64,000 bases of DNA from Octopus sinensis (taxonomy: Eukaryota). The notes beneath the pieces are model-generated. The model saw nothing but the letters and a program-made list of their open reading frames with translations, made no database searches and was not told the origin of the DNA. Below are positions 10,850 through 24,784 of this stretch, piece by piece (the stretch's first letter is position 1; every line of letters begins with the position of its first letter). The position numbers and the translations under genes were made by a program. Location: contig NC_043003.1 of assembly GCF_006345805.1 (NCBI RefSeq), positions 98,518,001 through 98,582,000 on the forward strand. The letters run 5' to 3'.

Positions 10850-11831
10850 GGGGAGGGAACCGTATTAGCTCCAAGTTACGTTCCAGTCAAAGGCTAATAG
10901 ATAGCCACCCTTGCCAGCTATGCAGATGACTCAAAAGTCTCTTAGACAATACAAAATCCTGGAAATATTTCACGTCTGCAACAGGAATTAGACACAATAT
11001 ATAGGTGGGCTGCGGACAACAACATGCAGTTTAATGCAGCAAGATTCAAAACCCTGCACTATCAGCACTCAAAGCTGAACGACATGTAGGCAGAATACAC
11101 TGGCCCGGGAGGAATTGCAATCCCTGAATCAAAATTACTGCGTGACCTGGGCATTGACACGAGAAATTATGCATATTTCTAAGGACATATTACCAATTTG
11201 GTAATAAAATGCAGTTGACCAGTTGGATGGATCCTCCGAACTTTCAAAACCAGAAAAAAGAAGACAATGATGGTTCTGTGTAGGGAATACGTCCTCAGCT
11301 GCTTAGACTACTGCTCCCAACTATGGCCACCACACAATTTGAAATTAACGGCGGAACTCGAAATAATCCAACGAAGCTACACAAAAAATCGACTTAATGC
11401 AACGTAACAACTACTGAGAAAGACTGAAAGAATTAAAACTCTTCTTCCTAGAACGAAGGCGGGAAAGATATACAGTGATATACATTTGGAAAATCACGGA
11501 AGGCCTTGAAACAAACTTTGGCAATGAAATTTACACAAACGGCAGAACGCGGCGCCACTGCATAGTGCCAAAGATCACAGCATCTCCATCAAAATACAAG
11601 ACCAAATACTGCAACAGCTTGGATTTCAAGGGCGCACAGCTCTTCATTATCCTTCCAAAATGCCCGAGAGACCTGCATGGTGTGGATGTAGGTGTCTTCA
11701 AAACAAAACTGGATCTTCTCCGGTCAAGGGTTCCAGATGAGCCTACCTCACGGCAGGAAACACAGATGAGGGTAGCGGCATCAAACTCCCTCGTTCACCA
11801 AATGCAACATATCAGAGGAGTCTTCAAATAA
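10850..11831 (+). mobile_element. Decayed CR1/L2-group LINE: RT C-terminal half and ORF2 end
   Basis: GTVLAP, YADD at 10919-10930, LQQELDTIYRWAADNNMQFN, RDLGID, LDYCSQLW, ERRRERY.VIYIWKI, FKTKLD..VPDEP..NSL. Contains stops and frameshifts. Confidence 0.85.
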
Positions 11832-11842
11832 TCCTTTCTACA

Positions 11843-12012
11843 ATAGGCACAAGACCTGAAATTTGGGTGTGTGGCAGACGATGAGATCGACTCCAGTATG
11901 CAAATGGTACTTCCGACCCCGGAAGGATGAAAGGCAACGTCGACCTCAGCGGAATTTGAAACTGAAACGTATAGAGAGACGAAATATCGCTAAGTATTTC
12001 GCCCGGCATGCA
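11843..12012 (-). mobile_element. SINE family B, diverged
   Basis: ggaaggatgaaaggcaacgtcgacctcagcggaatttgaa core in reverse orientation. Confidence 0.7.
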
Positions 12013-12316
12013 ATGTATATATATATAAATATATACGTTTCGAAACGTAGAGTAGATGATAGCTTTAGCGACTGAAGAAGGGTTTTTTTCTTTGTGTTAA
12101 TTGTCCTGTGTTCTATTTTTTGTTGTTTTTAAATATATGTCCAGTTCCTTTGGTTTGTGTCTATGTCTTCGTTTCTCATTGTGTTCGACGTCCTTTTGGT
12201 GTCCTGTACTCATATATGCGTGTATATGTACATGTAGAGGTAGGACGTACATATATGTTTATATATTGCGTATGTTTATATTTATTATATATATTATATA
12301 TATTATTATATATTAA

Positions 12317-12405
<89 letters not shown>

Positions 12406-12446
12406 TTATGTATTATGTATGTATGTATGTATGTGAATGTATATGG

Positions 12447-12560
12447 TTTCAAATTATACAAAAAACCCAAAAAGACAGACAAGTGTATTAATTTAACGCT
12501 CAGTAAAAATGGAAGAATTCTCTGGCGTTTCGAGCCTACGCTCTTTTACATTAAGAGATG
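12447..12560 (-). mobile_element. Short PLE-like terminal repeat, family P2
   Basis: Minus strand AAGAGCgtagGCTCGAAACGCC with a perfect helix-II hairpin. The upstream core box is lost. Confidence 0.5.
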
Positions 12561-12996
12561 AGGAGCGAAAGTACATGGAGAGATGGAAAATATGGAAAAA
12601 AAAGAACCACGTCTGTCTTAACTGTTGTACACACAAGGTATATGCATGTTTGTACCTGTACGTAGAACTTTACATGAGGAGAAGGAGAATAAAACGACAG
12701 ATTTAGAATGCTTTGAGGCTTTTGCTTACAGACAGAATATACTTTCATTTTTATTTGAAACGGTTGTTTACAAACAACGTATTTCATTGATAATCTATTT
12801 ATCTTCCTACTCTTCTTTCTCCTATCTCTCTTTTGCCTACAAGTGCAAATGCCCTCGCTTGATAAGCGCACGAGACGTACGCACGATACACAAACGTACA
12901 TACATACATTGGTGTGTATACGAACTGAGTAGTAGTTATGTTATTCATGTATATTCCTTTACATTATGTGTGTACAGGTGCGTATGCGCATATGCA

Positions 12997-13039
<43 letters not shown>

Positions 13040-13042
13040 AAT

Positions 13043-13242
13043 GTGACCGCGTGTGTACCGTTGGGGATTTTTTTCCTTTGTCTTCCCTTCTCTGGATCTT
13101 TCCTTCTATGTTTCCGACGAAGAGCTCCGCTCGAAACGTTAATCCCTCCTTCTTTCCTTCCTTCCTGAGCGTCCAATAATACTATATTTGTTCCACGTCC
13201 TCCCGTTGTTGTTTTTTTTGTGCTTTCATTGTTTGGATTAAC

Positions 13243-13244
<2 letters not shown>
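13043..13244 (+). mobile_element. Short PLE-like terminal repeat, family P1
   Basis: Near-identical to 7102-7308. Motif gttt-CCGACGA-a-GAGCtccGCTC-GAAACGTT-aatc at 13110-13144. Confidence 0.65.
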
Positions 13245-13278
<34 letters not shown>

Positions 13279-13291
13279 ATATATATATATC

Positions 13292-13324
<33 letters not shown>

Positions 13325-13326
13325 CA

Positions 13327-13918
13327 CACGGGGAAATGAGAGCCACAAAAATAATGTTCTTAAGATTATAAATCTGGAAAAGTACAGAACAAGTTGTTAC
13401 TTCCATGCGTTATTACTTTTAACTTCTATTCAAAATAAAAAAAATATCTCAAAATATTTTTTGCTCTTTAAAAATTCATCTTTTAAAATTATTAAGCAAT
13501 AATCAGATAGAAATGTGAAAGTAGGTTATAAAATATAATAGTAATACATAATTAGTATAATAAATATAATAGTAATACATAATTAGTACAATAAATATAA
13601 TAATACACAAATAGCTAAATATTACAATAACATCTACCTATAGCAACAAATTCACAGTAAAATTTGCTTGAGTTATTGTCTAAGTTACTGCCAGGTCTTC
13701 ACATTTATATTCTTGAACAATACCTATATTTTACATAACGAATTTGCCTACCTTTTATACTATTCTACTTCGCATAAAACTTCAGCTATATTGGTACCTC
13801 TGTCTCTTATGTTTTAAGTACTCTAGTGCGTCAATATTTTAACAAATAAGTGGGCTAGCTGGTAGAATGTGTTGATACCAAAATATAACTATGGACCAGT
13901 CCACTTCAAAAATGTTAA
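13327..13918 (+). mobile_element. Unclassified AT-rich TIR-type element, left part
   Basis: 13390-13918 aligns with 48845-49348. Its first ~70 bp are the reverse complement of 49635-49710 and 49855-49930. Confidence 0.55.
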
Positions 13919-14209
13919 CGGTTTTCCATTTGCTTAAGAACTGAATTAACGACAAGCCCTGAAAGATGCTGCATGCAAGTAAATTGTAGCCTTAAGAATA
14001 TTATTCAACTACTACCGTAGGTGAATGATGTATATGTTTATATTTGTTATGTATCTTTTTACTGTTTATATATATATTATATATATATATATATAATATA
14101 TATATATATGATATATATTTTACAAAATGTAAAGTTATATCTGGAGATCGCTAGTGACAACAACGGTCAAAAATATAACAGACTGGAATAGTAGTGCTCA
14201 AATGAGCTG

Positions 14210-14867
14210 TATACACTTTTTAATCCGGGGGGAGGTAATGTGAGCAGCAACTACAAGAACACTACAAAATCCACAGAAAGATCAAACACATACATATATT
14301 CATTTATATCTACAGAACAGATATAAAGCCCGACGTTTAAATATATATTAATCTATAAATATATAAACATCATATAAAAATATATAAATATATAAGAGAA
14401 CCAATGTTGCATATATAACACCTTGAATTTACGCTTAAACTCGTGAAACATTTAGTATAAATTTGTTAAATTAAAAATTTGGGATAATAAAACATACAAT
14501 GACATATTAAAATGACGAATTAAAATTCCAGAGAAAAATATACAAAAATATATAAATATACAAATTTACAAAAATACATAAAAGTTCATCTACAGGCCGT
14601 TTCAGAGACGCGCCAACTTATACCAAATGTTTTACGTGTTTAAGCGTTAATTCAAGGTGTTATATATGCAACATTGATTTTCTTATATATTCATATATTT
14701 TTATATGATGTTCATATATTTATATATTAATGTATTTTTAAACGTCGGGCTTTATATCAGTTCTGTAGATATAAATGATATATATGTATGTGTTTGATCT
14801 CTCTGTGGATTTTGTAGTTTTCTTGTAGTTGCTACTCACATTGCCCCCTCTCGGATTAAAAAGTATA
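14210..14867. repeat. Fold-back element with ~250 bp inverted arms
   Basis: Arms 14210-14460 and 14618-14867 are reverse complements (ctacaagaacactacaaaatccacag / ctgtggattttgtagttttcttgtag), with a ~160 bp spacer. Confidence 0.85.
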
Positions 14868-15059
14868 TATATAAATATATGTATGTAAGTATGTATGTAT
14901 GTATGTATGTATGTATGTATGTATGTATGTATGTATGTATGTATGTATGTATGTATGTATGTATGTATGTATGTATGTATGTAGTTGTTATATAACTGAT
15001 CAGTAGGCTGCTCTTATACAAATTTAGGGAAACTAAATATACCTACGCCATCCAATGAG

Positions 15060-15300
15060 CTATGCACCTGAATTCTACTGGAAAAGATAATGGATGTCAT
15101 TAAGCGTATGAGGGGGAAAGCATTCTACCATGACCTAGCCACACCATTCCCGGAGGGCAACAATTGTGGAATCAGTTTGAGGAATTACCCACCTAGTATC
15201 AGGGACCTCGAACCCTTCGGGGCGGACCTACTGTGCATCAACAGGTTTTCTGATATGACGATACGCCATAAAGCTAAGCCTTTTAAGGACAGGAAACCTA
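15060..15300 (+). mobile_element. Penelope-like element ORF fragment (region N-terminal to the RT)
   Basis: [36 protein letters not shown] resembles the IEK..VIKRMRWKA..CPP..L.PFE.DL segment of PLE polyproteins. Recognised from memory, not by search. Confidence 0.55.
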
Positions 15301-15333
15301 AGGTAATCCCATAAACGCCATTCTCCCTTTTTA

Positions 15334-15377
<44 letters not shown>

Positions 15378-15402
15378 GATAGATAGATAGATACACACAG
15401 AC

Positions 15403-15439
<37 letters not shown>

Positions 15440-15441
15440 TA

Positions 15442-15488
<47 letters not shown>

Positions 15489-15645
15489 TATATATATATA
15501 ATATAAGTTGTTTATATAAGCAATATACGCACGCAAAAGAAGAACCATGCGCATTGCCTACGCTCGTTAGTAGTCGACCATATATATATCAAAGCATGGA
15601 AAACGAAATGTCTTCTCTTATTTTATCGAAATATCTGCAGATATC

Positions 15646-15690
<45 letters not shown>

Positions 15691-16317
15691 ACACCACACA
15701 CGCGCGCGCGCATAACGGTCGTCAAGCTCTGTTTTGCAACAAAAAATGTTAATCAATCGAAAGAGATCCTAATTATCAATACATGAATGCAATAAGCGAC
15801 AGCGTGGTAACGTCTGTTGCCTTTCCTCTTCCATAACTCAGCCAACCCTACTTTCACCTATTTTGCCTTACCTCTTCTCTCTTCTCTTTAGTAGTCTCTA
15901 AACCTTTTTTCTTTATCATCCTATAATATTTCTCTTCGTTCATACCCTTTTCAATTCTATAATATTTTCTTTCGTTTTGCTTTCTTATTTCTCCGTTGTT
16001 CTCTTTCTGTCTTATTTCGTTCATTCGTCTTAACATTTCTTTTGTGTTTTGTTTTAATTCTTTTACCTATTTTTTTCTAATATTTATGATTCTCTCTCTT
16101 CTAGTCTGGTTGTTTTCCGCCATTTTCCGGTTCGGTTCATTTACTACAACGCAAATAACTGATCTATATTAGTGTATTACCAATATCGGACTGAAGTGCT
16201 TACATAAACCATCATTGAAGTCAAGGATCTTAGACGCTTTTTATCTATCAGATAATTGATAGTTTGCTTTATATATCTCTACTTATTTATGTGTGTGTGT
16301 ATGTATGCATGTATGTA

Positions 16318-16379
<62 letters not shown>

Positions 16380-19300
16380 AAAAAACAGATAAATATACGC
16401 ACATACATACACATGCATAATTACACACATGTATATATATATAGATACATATATACTGTATATACATACTTATATACATACATGTATATATATATATATA
16501 CGTATATACATGTACATACATACTTATATATACATATATATATATATCTAACCCTATACATATCTACACACACACATACACACGCACACACACACACATA
16601 TATATATATACATATATTATATATATATATATATATATATAGATATATATATATATATACATATATATTTGTGTTATAACAAAAGAAGGGGTGTATTTAC
16701 ACGCAGAAAAAATATAGGCAAATTAGTTATTGAAAATACACCCAAATTTGTAAAATTTGTAATTGATTTAAAATGAACTTTTTACATATATACCAAACTA
16801 GTTTCAACAATATTTTTTGTTTATCAGTAGTAAAAATTTAGAATCATGAATTAGAAAACCATATTTAGAAGTTTCAATATTGACATGTTTAAATGTTCAT
16901 AACAGTCAATAATATAAAAACTGTGGATCAACTTGTTTAAATGGAAAAAATTCAATAGTGTTAGTAGTGGTCGACAAGAAATGAAAGTCATCAGGTTTTC
17001 AGTCATACTGAGTTAAGAGGGAGAAATGAAGATAGTAAAAAAAAGGGATTTGGTTTAGAGTTTCTGTGCTTCTCTTTCCGTCTTGTGCAGGAACTTTTGC
17101 TCGTAATGTTGTTTTTGGAATCTGTTGATTTATATTTTTTTTTCCGCGAACGGAGCTGATTTTTTATTCGGAAAGGAACTGGTGACGCTTTGTTTTTCTG
17201 GTGGTCTAGTTTGTCGTTCTGCCTGGTTGGCTTTCCTCTGGGGAACAGTCATCAGCCGTTCCAGTTGGTCGATTCTCTTAAAGGGTCATTTTGGTGTATT
17301 TGCTGCAGTTAGGTTTTGACCAGACTTTGGGGATGGTAACATCCATGATACAAAAAGATGGAATGATCCTAGAAACTTTACATATGTAACCAGTAAATGG
17401 GGTAGGATATCAGCAGGTGCACAGGATCGTACGAATCTTCCACCCTCAATATAGCCATACCCCAATATAATTGTTATCTCATGAGAACCATTTTAATAAA
17501 TGATAACCCACAACCCTTTCAGTCGAAATCGTGCCCACGTCTATGAAGTGTATGAAATCATATCGGAGGAAAAGTTCCATTTTTTTGTTTGTGTTAAGTT
17601 TAAATTGATGATCAGTTTAACACCAAGATTCATTGCATTGGCGTACCATGAGTTTTAGCCAGCCTGTACTGTAGACAAATAGGTCATCGCCTTCCTCACA
17701 ACATATCTCCGACTACAGCAAATACATGTAAATTGACCGCCCTCTACAGTTACCCCACGCTGCGCCACGAATTCATTGGCCGCCGTTAGGGGAGCTTACT
17801 CTGTGAAAAGCATTGGGACTTCATTTCTGATCTGCGCGTAAATTCCTCCTTACCAATTTCCCCCCAAAAAGCTTAGGAGGTTCTGAAAATGATTATAGGT
17901 GGTGCCTATAACAATCAAAATTCTCTAGATATTCACCGACGTGAAATTTAATTTAGAAATTGGAAAATATGAAGGTGACTTATCAAAACGTCATAAACAC
18001 GGAGAAGATCATGTGATCGTCAACAGAACACTCCACAATGAGCATGTATCAGCTGATATCCCCAGCAAGTCGTTTCTATTAGTAACGTATATAGGTTTCA
18101 CGATGACAAATCTACAATTGCTGAAACTAATTAGAAATTCTTTTATATTATGATATTTTTCTTTCTCTTAACTTCTAAGTTTTTTAAAACATTTTTCCTA
18201 TTGTTCTGCTTTTTTTTTCTTTGTGAGTGTTTTCTTTAGATTTTAATAGATTTCCTCAGTTTTTGGTTTTCTTATGTGGGGGACACATTTGCATCATTTT
18301 GCAAGAAATACCTCTCTTACTTTCTCTGTCCACTTCTTTCTTTTTTTGTATTCTCTTCTATCACCCTTTGTATTTTTCCTCACCCACTTTATATCTTTAT
18401 GTCTTTCTCTTTTTTCTTTATATCTCTCATCCTATCCTGCCCATCCTTTATTTCTCTCTCTCTCTTTCTGTATCTCAGTCTGTTTGCAAGTCTGTCTGTC
18501 TTTTTCTCTCACTCTCTCGCCCACTTTATTTTAGCGCTCACACCATCGGTACACTTGAGGTCATTCCTTATTTTAAATAATGTGTCGTGTAATTACTTAC
18601 AAACACATATAAAGTCGAAATATAAACAATCATAGTTATAAATAAGTTACTTTCTTTTATTCTTACTAACCTTCCCAAATCCATGCTTCTATTAAATAAT
18701 AAAACACAGCATTTTTTCTTTTCATAAAATCCATATTAAGAAAGACACACATACATATACACACAGGCACACCATTGTACACACATACCTAAATACCTAC
18801 TGACGCACAGTCACAAACACATACATTCACACAAACATAAACACTTACATACAATGTTCATGCAAAGCTGTACGCTTCTGTGCGTGCACACGTATACTAC
18901 AACGAGTGCACAAACAATATCCAGCATGCGCCCAGAAGAAAGATTAGAGGGAACGTTGCTTACATACACAAGCGTATAGATATGTCTAAATAATAACATA
19001 TAACAATAAAAAAGCATAACGCACACGCACAAACATATACGTACACATGTGCATACATACATACATACATACATATCATACATACATACATACATATATG
19101 TATGTACATATCTATATATATATATATATATATAATATATATATCATATATATATATCTATATATATATATATATATATATATAGCGTGTGTGTGTTTGT
19201 GTCCATATATATAGATATATAATATATATATGTAGTATAGTCGTGATGGGCTCCACTACCTCAAATATTCTAAAATTTAAATCCACATCTTTGTCTATAT

Positions 19301-19506
19301 ATCTACCTTCTCTATAATGTTGCCACTTGATATGAAATTTTTTATATTATTGTAAACCTCTATAATTGGCTGATGAGTGCTCAACTTTTAAAACTGTTGT
19401 AATACTTACAACATTTAATAAAATGATGTAGTACGAAACGATCGCACCAAATTACCGGAGTCATTCTGTTGCTTATTTTGAGTATATATATACACCAAAC
19501 ACACAC

Positions 19507-19567
<61 letters not shown>

Positions 19568-19589
19568 TAAGTAGAGTTAGCGGTTGGAA

Positions 19590-19915
19590 TAACCATCTAA
19601 GGGATAAGAATATCCGTTCTTACTACCAGTATCATTTATCTGTACTATTCCTGGGCATGGGTATGTAAGCACACAATGCTCATAGGATACAGGTAATAAC
19701 TGAATAAACAAGTGTACCCGGAATCAAATTTAAATAAGCATGCAGAAAACGTTATATTAACAAACAAATTGACGAACATCGGTTTATTATTTTTTAATAC
19801 AAAACTTAAGATAATATTACACAACATTTCTTACGGCCGTTTTGGCTGCCAATGTTAATCAGTGCTTACAAAGAAAATTCGGAGAATAATGTTCGCCATC
19901 TTTATAGGACATTCG
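19590..19915 (-). repeat. Family P3 copy
   Basis: Reverse complement aligns with 5260-5575 (atcgaatgt..aagatg.cgaa..tttgtaagcac..aaacggccgtaagaaat..ttacctgta.cctatgagcat..tatcccttag). Confidence 0.6.
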
Positions 19916-19925
19916 ATCTAGTACA

Positions 19926-20509
19926 TAGAAATAGCAGTCAAAGACCGCTTATTTCTATTTTCGTCAAATATAACTCCACATATAACATATACATGTAACT
20001 CACATGAAAAATAACGAAAACAAAGTCTTCGGTTAGTTACGGACGCGTTTCTCGGTCAGAATTATAAACAAATCCATTCCCGTCTTAATAAATATTTACC
20101 CTTATATTATTGATAATGGAATTTTCACTCCCTTATGACAATCCATAGTTCTATTCCCGAGGAACTATTTTTGTGACGCACATGGTAAAATTTTGGAGAG
20201 AAAATACGAATTCATTCACCTATATGGATTCGGCCTGTGTTGATTATCTCCTGCTATCTCCGATGGCGCGAGGTCGGGAAGCAAGAGGTATGTAAATTAA
20301 CATTTGCAAATCTATCTAATGGGATGTTACGCTGAAGACGGGAATGGATTTGTTTATAATACTGACCGAGAAACGCGTCCGTAATTAACCGAAGACTTTG
20401 TTTTCGTTATTTTTCATCCTGTTTTACACATATGAGTTACATGTATATGTTATATGTAGAGTTATATTTGTAGAAAATAGAAATAAGTTGTCTTTGACTG
20501 CTATTTCTA
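19926..20509. repeat. Fold-back element with ~160 bp inverted arms
   Basis: Arms 19926-20086 and 20335-20509. Each contains CTGACCGAGAAACGCGTC, with the palindrome ACGCGT. Confidence 0.85.
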
Positions 20510-21202
20510 ATTTTTGGGTATGTGGCTAAACAACCCGTTGCTTGCCCTTTATATATATATATATATATAATCACATAAGACAAACACATGAGATGATATC
20601 TATTTAATACTGATACTGGTCATGTTTCTACAAACTGTCCATTTCCTACCTGATGTTCTGCAAACAACAGAGACATCAATAGTAATTCAATACTATCCTG
20701 CCTCCCAAGAACAACGCTTCATTTTATTGGCTAACGTGTCGAAAGAATCAAGATACGCATCGGAAGAAAACAAGGGAAAATTGTTTACGACTTCTTAATC
20801 CTTTTAATGTCAAAAGACTTCCAGAGAGCTCAACTGCGTAGTAAAAAAAAAAAATTAACATCAGAGGATTATTAAATATAGGATTTAGACATTTATATAT
20901 TAAAGGTAACATATTTCCACTGATCTACTCTGAAGTATAATGCAACAAATTGCTCGATAAATATTTAACAATAGGCAAAGATATTTAGAGCTACGACATT
21001 AGTGAACAGGATAAATATGGAACAAGTTTTAAAGAAATAAAAGACCGTAGATAATAATACATATTTTTGTGCGTGCTTGTGTATATGTGTATGTATGCAT
21101 GTGTGCGTGTGTCAGTGAGTGTATGTTTGCATGCGTGTGTATATGTGCATCTATGTGTGTGTGTATATATATATATATGTATGTGTGTGTATGTGTGTAT
21201 AG

Positions 21203-21317
<115 letters not shown>

Positions 21318-21535
21318 ATATATATGTATGTGTGTGTGTGTGTGCGAGTGAGATGTATGTATAAAATTAGTAGGCAATTCTACTTCGTAGTTCACCCTAC
21401 CGTTTTAGAAATGGATGAATACACTTGATAAATTACTATTGAATGTAATATGCCAGACCGTTTTGGGCATTCATACATGAATAATAAAGAGAAGCGTTTT
21501 TTGTTTTCAGTATCAATAAGTTGTTAAAGAAGATA

Positions 21536-22012
<477 letters not shown>

Positions 22013-22520
22013 GCCCTGATGCAGTACCAGGCAGTGACTCTCGTGGCTTTGTGATCTTAAGTGATTGGAAGTGTTATCATATACATTGATAACACAGCAA
22101 ATATTCTGCTCGATACCACAGATTTGCATGTTAGTTGTTTGACCTGACGATATGTGCATATCTGATCACGAGCAGAAGTAGTGGGGGAGCATTATAGCCA
22201 TGTGTTGAGAGGGATTCTTTTGGGTTTGAATAATTCACTCTGGAAAAATGGGTGTTTCGTTCAACATCCATAAACAACCCTTATTCAAGGACCTTTTAAG
22301 CGGGATGGGTTACTTGACCAGAAGAAAATTCTAACTGGGCCCCACCTGCAAGGTCATGTACTATTTATCTTGGTATAAGATCACCATGCCGCGCACATAT
22401 GGTTGTGATGCATGGGCCTAGTGTACTCTTCTCAGACGGGTAGTCATTATGGGTATCCTGGGCTACGTATATTTTACCCCAGTATCACTTTGATGGCATG
22501 CACTGCTCTCTCACTCAATA
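22013..22520 (+). mobile_element. Probable LINE 3'-UTR-type repeat with (AAT/GAT)n tail
   Basis: Non-coding ~500 bp block bounded by (AAT)n upstream and aataatgataatgatgat downstream. Recalled as a common octopus repeat; clade not established. Confidence 0.4.
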
Positions 22521-22589
22521 ATGATAATGATGATGATGATGATGATGATGATGAAGATGATGATGATTAGGATGATGATGCAAACGAAT

Positions 22590-24187
22590 ACAAAAATCGC
22601 CACGATATGGTAGGACAGTCAATACGTACGGTGGAAGGAGAGGGGACACCCTTGAGGGACCGATGGGGAGATCTGAAACGGTTCTGAGAGGTGGCCATTA
22701 ATTTTGCCCACCGATCAGATGCCGCTGTGCATTGCAGCGATCCAACCTCTGAAGACGGGTCCGGAGCCACCTGCTTTGAGGAGAGCCTCCAGATATCGAT
22801 TTATCTAAATTGATGAGCGCTCCACAGGCGCCAGGTTTACACCTTACTCTTTGTATGATGTATCGCAGGAGGTGGAAGTTGTCGTGTATGGACCTAGTCG
22901 GGTTGCGCAGGTTTGTGCCTCTTTGACCAAGTCCTCGGCGACAAGCCCCAACCTCTTTGCTAATACCTTGGGCAGAATCTTAAACGCTGTGTTAAGCAGA
23001 GTTATAGGCCTGAAATTATCTAACGTCACTACGTCCGGCTCATAGAACTGGGAATACTCCCGTTCTGCTACCAGTTGCAGTTGAGTGCTTCAAAGAGATC
23101 AGAGAACAAGTCTGGCATATTTACGTAAAGTTCATCTAATCCTGGTGACTTGTGCCTCTTGCAACCGACAAGGGCATCCTGAATTTCGGCTGAAGTTATT
23201 TACCTTTCACGGTGCTCAGCGTCAGCCGTCGGGGTAGGAACAGAAGTCCGCTACCATCTCCACCCCATCGCTTTCTCCGAACAACCGAGCAAAGGCCTCA
23301 CACATCTGCCTGGAATCGCTCAGTTCGTGTTTCTCGGTCCGTCAAAGACCGAATTGTGGTTTTGTTACCACGCTGCATCTCCGCTATCTGGACCCATCAA
23401 ATAGCTTTGATCCCCTCGTTTCCTAGGGCACGCGCCTTAGCTCTGACAATGCAAACTTCATGTTTCGCGTTGAAGAACTGGTCTAATACCATTCTCGCTG
23501 CTAGCACGTCGGTTGCAATGCCACTACAAATAGCCTCGTCTAGCTTAGCTACAAACCTCTTGTTTTTTTAATCTTTTTCTAACGCTATTTCTTTGTTAAA
23601 CCCTATCGACATTACTCTAATTTCTCTTTTGAGAGCGGCCCACCACCTGTTGTTGACGACACCCCCTGTCAACTTCTGCTTAACTAAATTGCTGACCCGG
23701 TTCCTGTAAGCCTTACGTGCCAGAAACGACATGTCCAGCTTCCAGTACCCGGGTCCTAGCCTACGCGTCTTACCTAGGTCGACCGTACAGATTACAAATT
23801 TATGGTCTGAATAAACAACTGTTTTAACAAGTGGACACCCTACACTGTACCTGTCTATTTTTCTAATGAAAATCCTATCTATGTACGATCTAGATGACCC
23901 TAAGCGGTTGTTCCAGGTCCACACTGGCGCATTTCGGAAATCTCGTCGGTACTTGTCAGACAGTTGAAACTAGCTGATCAGGTGCTTGAGGCTTTTGCAC
24001 CCCACTATTCTATCAGCTACTCCTACATAATCCCAGCGTTGATCCAAGATTCCGTTCTAGTTCCCTACAATAGTATAGGGCGAGACGTACCTAGAAAGGC
24101 TTCCAGACGCCTAAAGAAATCTGGCCTCTTGGCTCCGGTAGAAGCGTAGACGGCCACCAGTCTAAAGACACTACCTTCACTGTTGCT
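22590..24187 (-). mobile_element. Decayed L1/Tx1-clade LINE ORF2 (APE endonuclease to mid RT)
   Basis: FRLVAVYAS, SYIDRIF, YSDHKFV, GPGYWKLD, KSPGLD, DNFRPITLLNTAFKIL.KVLAKRL, GALINLD, INGHLSEPF..SV.QGCPLS. Multiple frameshifts; truncated at both ends. Confidence 0.9.
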
Positions 24188-24362
24188 CAAATATATATAA
24201 CATACAGAAAATTGCACTACTGGGCACTGCACACATCCTACGCAAAACACTTTCAATGCAGTAACTATAAGGGCATCACAGCACACCGCAGCACATACCC
24301 AAGGTACACGGAGCTGCGCTCGGTAGCGAAGTGAAAGTACGCTACAAAAATAAAACTACTGA
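24188..24362 (+). mobile_element. 3' end of an RLE-type (R4/Dong-like) LINE with (AAT)n tail
   Basis: Reads NIYNIQKIALLGTAHILRKTLSMQ-stop, a typical RLE-LINE C-terminus, then a short UTR and (AAT)n from about 24362. Confidence 0.7.
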
Positions 24363-24383
24363 ATAATAATAATAATAATAATA

Positions 24384-24425
<42 letters not shown>

Positions 24426-24784
24426 GAAAGAAGGAGAAAAGAAGAAGAAGAAGAAGAAGAAGAAGAAGAAGAAGAAGAAGAAGAAGAAGAAGAAGAAGAA
24501 CAACAACAACAACAACAACAACACTGATAATAATAATCTTTTCGACTCGACCCAGGTTTGGTATTATTCCTTGTAGAATTTACGTAGTTAGCGTGTTACT
24601 ACCTGTAACCTTAGATAACCACTTTTCAATACTCTTTTAATTGTTCAAAGCCCTTCTCATTATCTTTCCTTCCGAGGTCGACTTTTCCTTTCATTACTAC
24701 TACTACTACTACAACCATCATCATCATCATCATCATTATTGTTATTATTACTATGTTTACTATTATTCCTATTTTAATAGCACT

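Noticed and set aside
19371-19400. CTGATGA followed by a short hairpin
   Set aside because: No GAAA box or helix I at suitable spacing.
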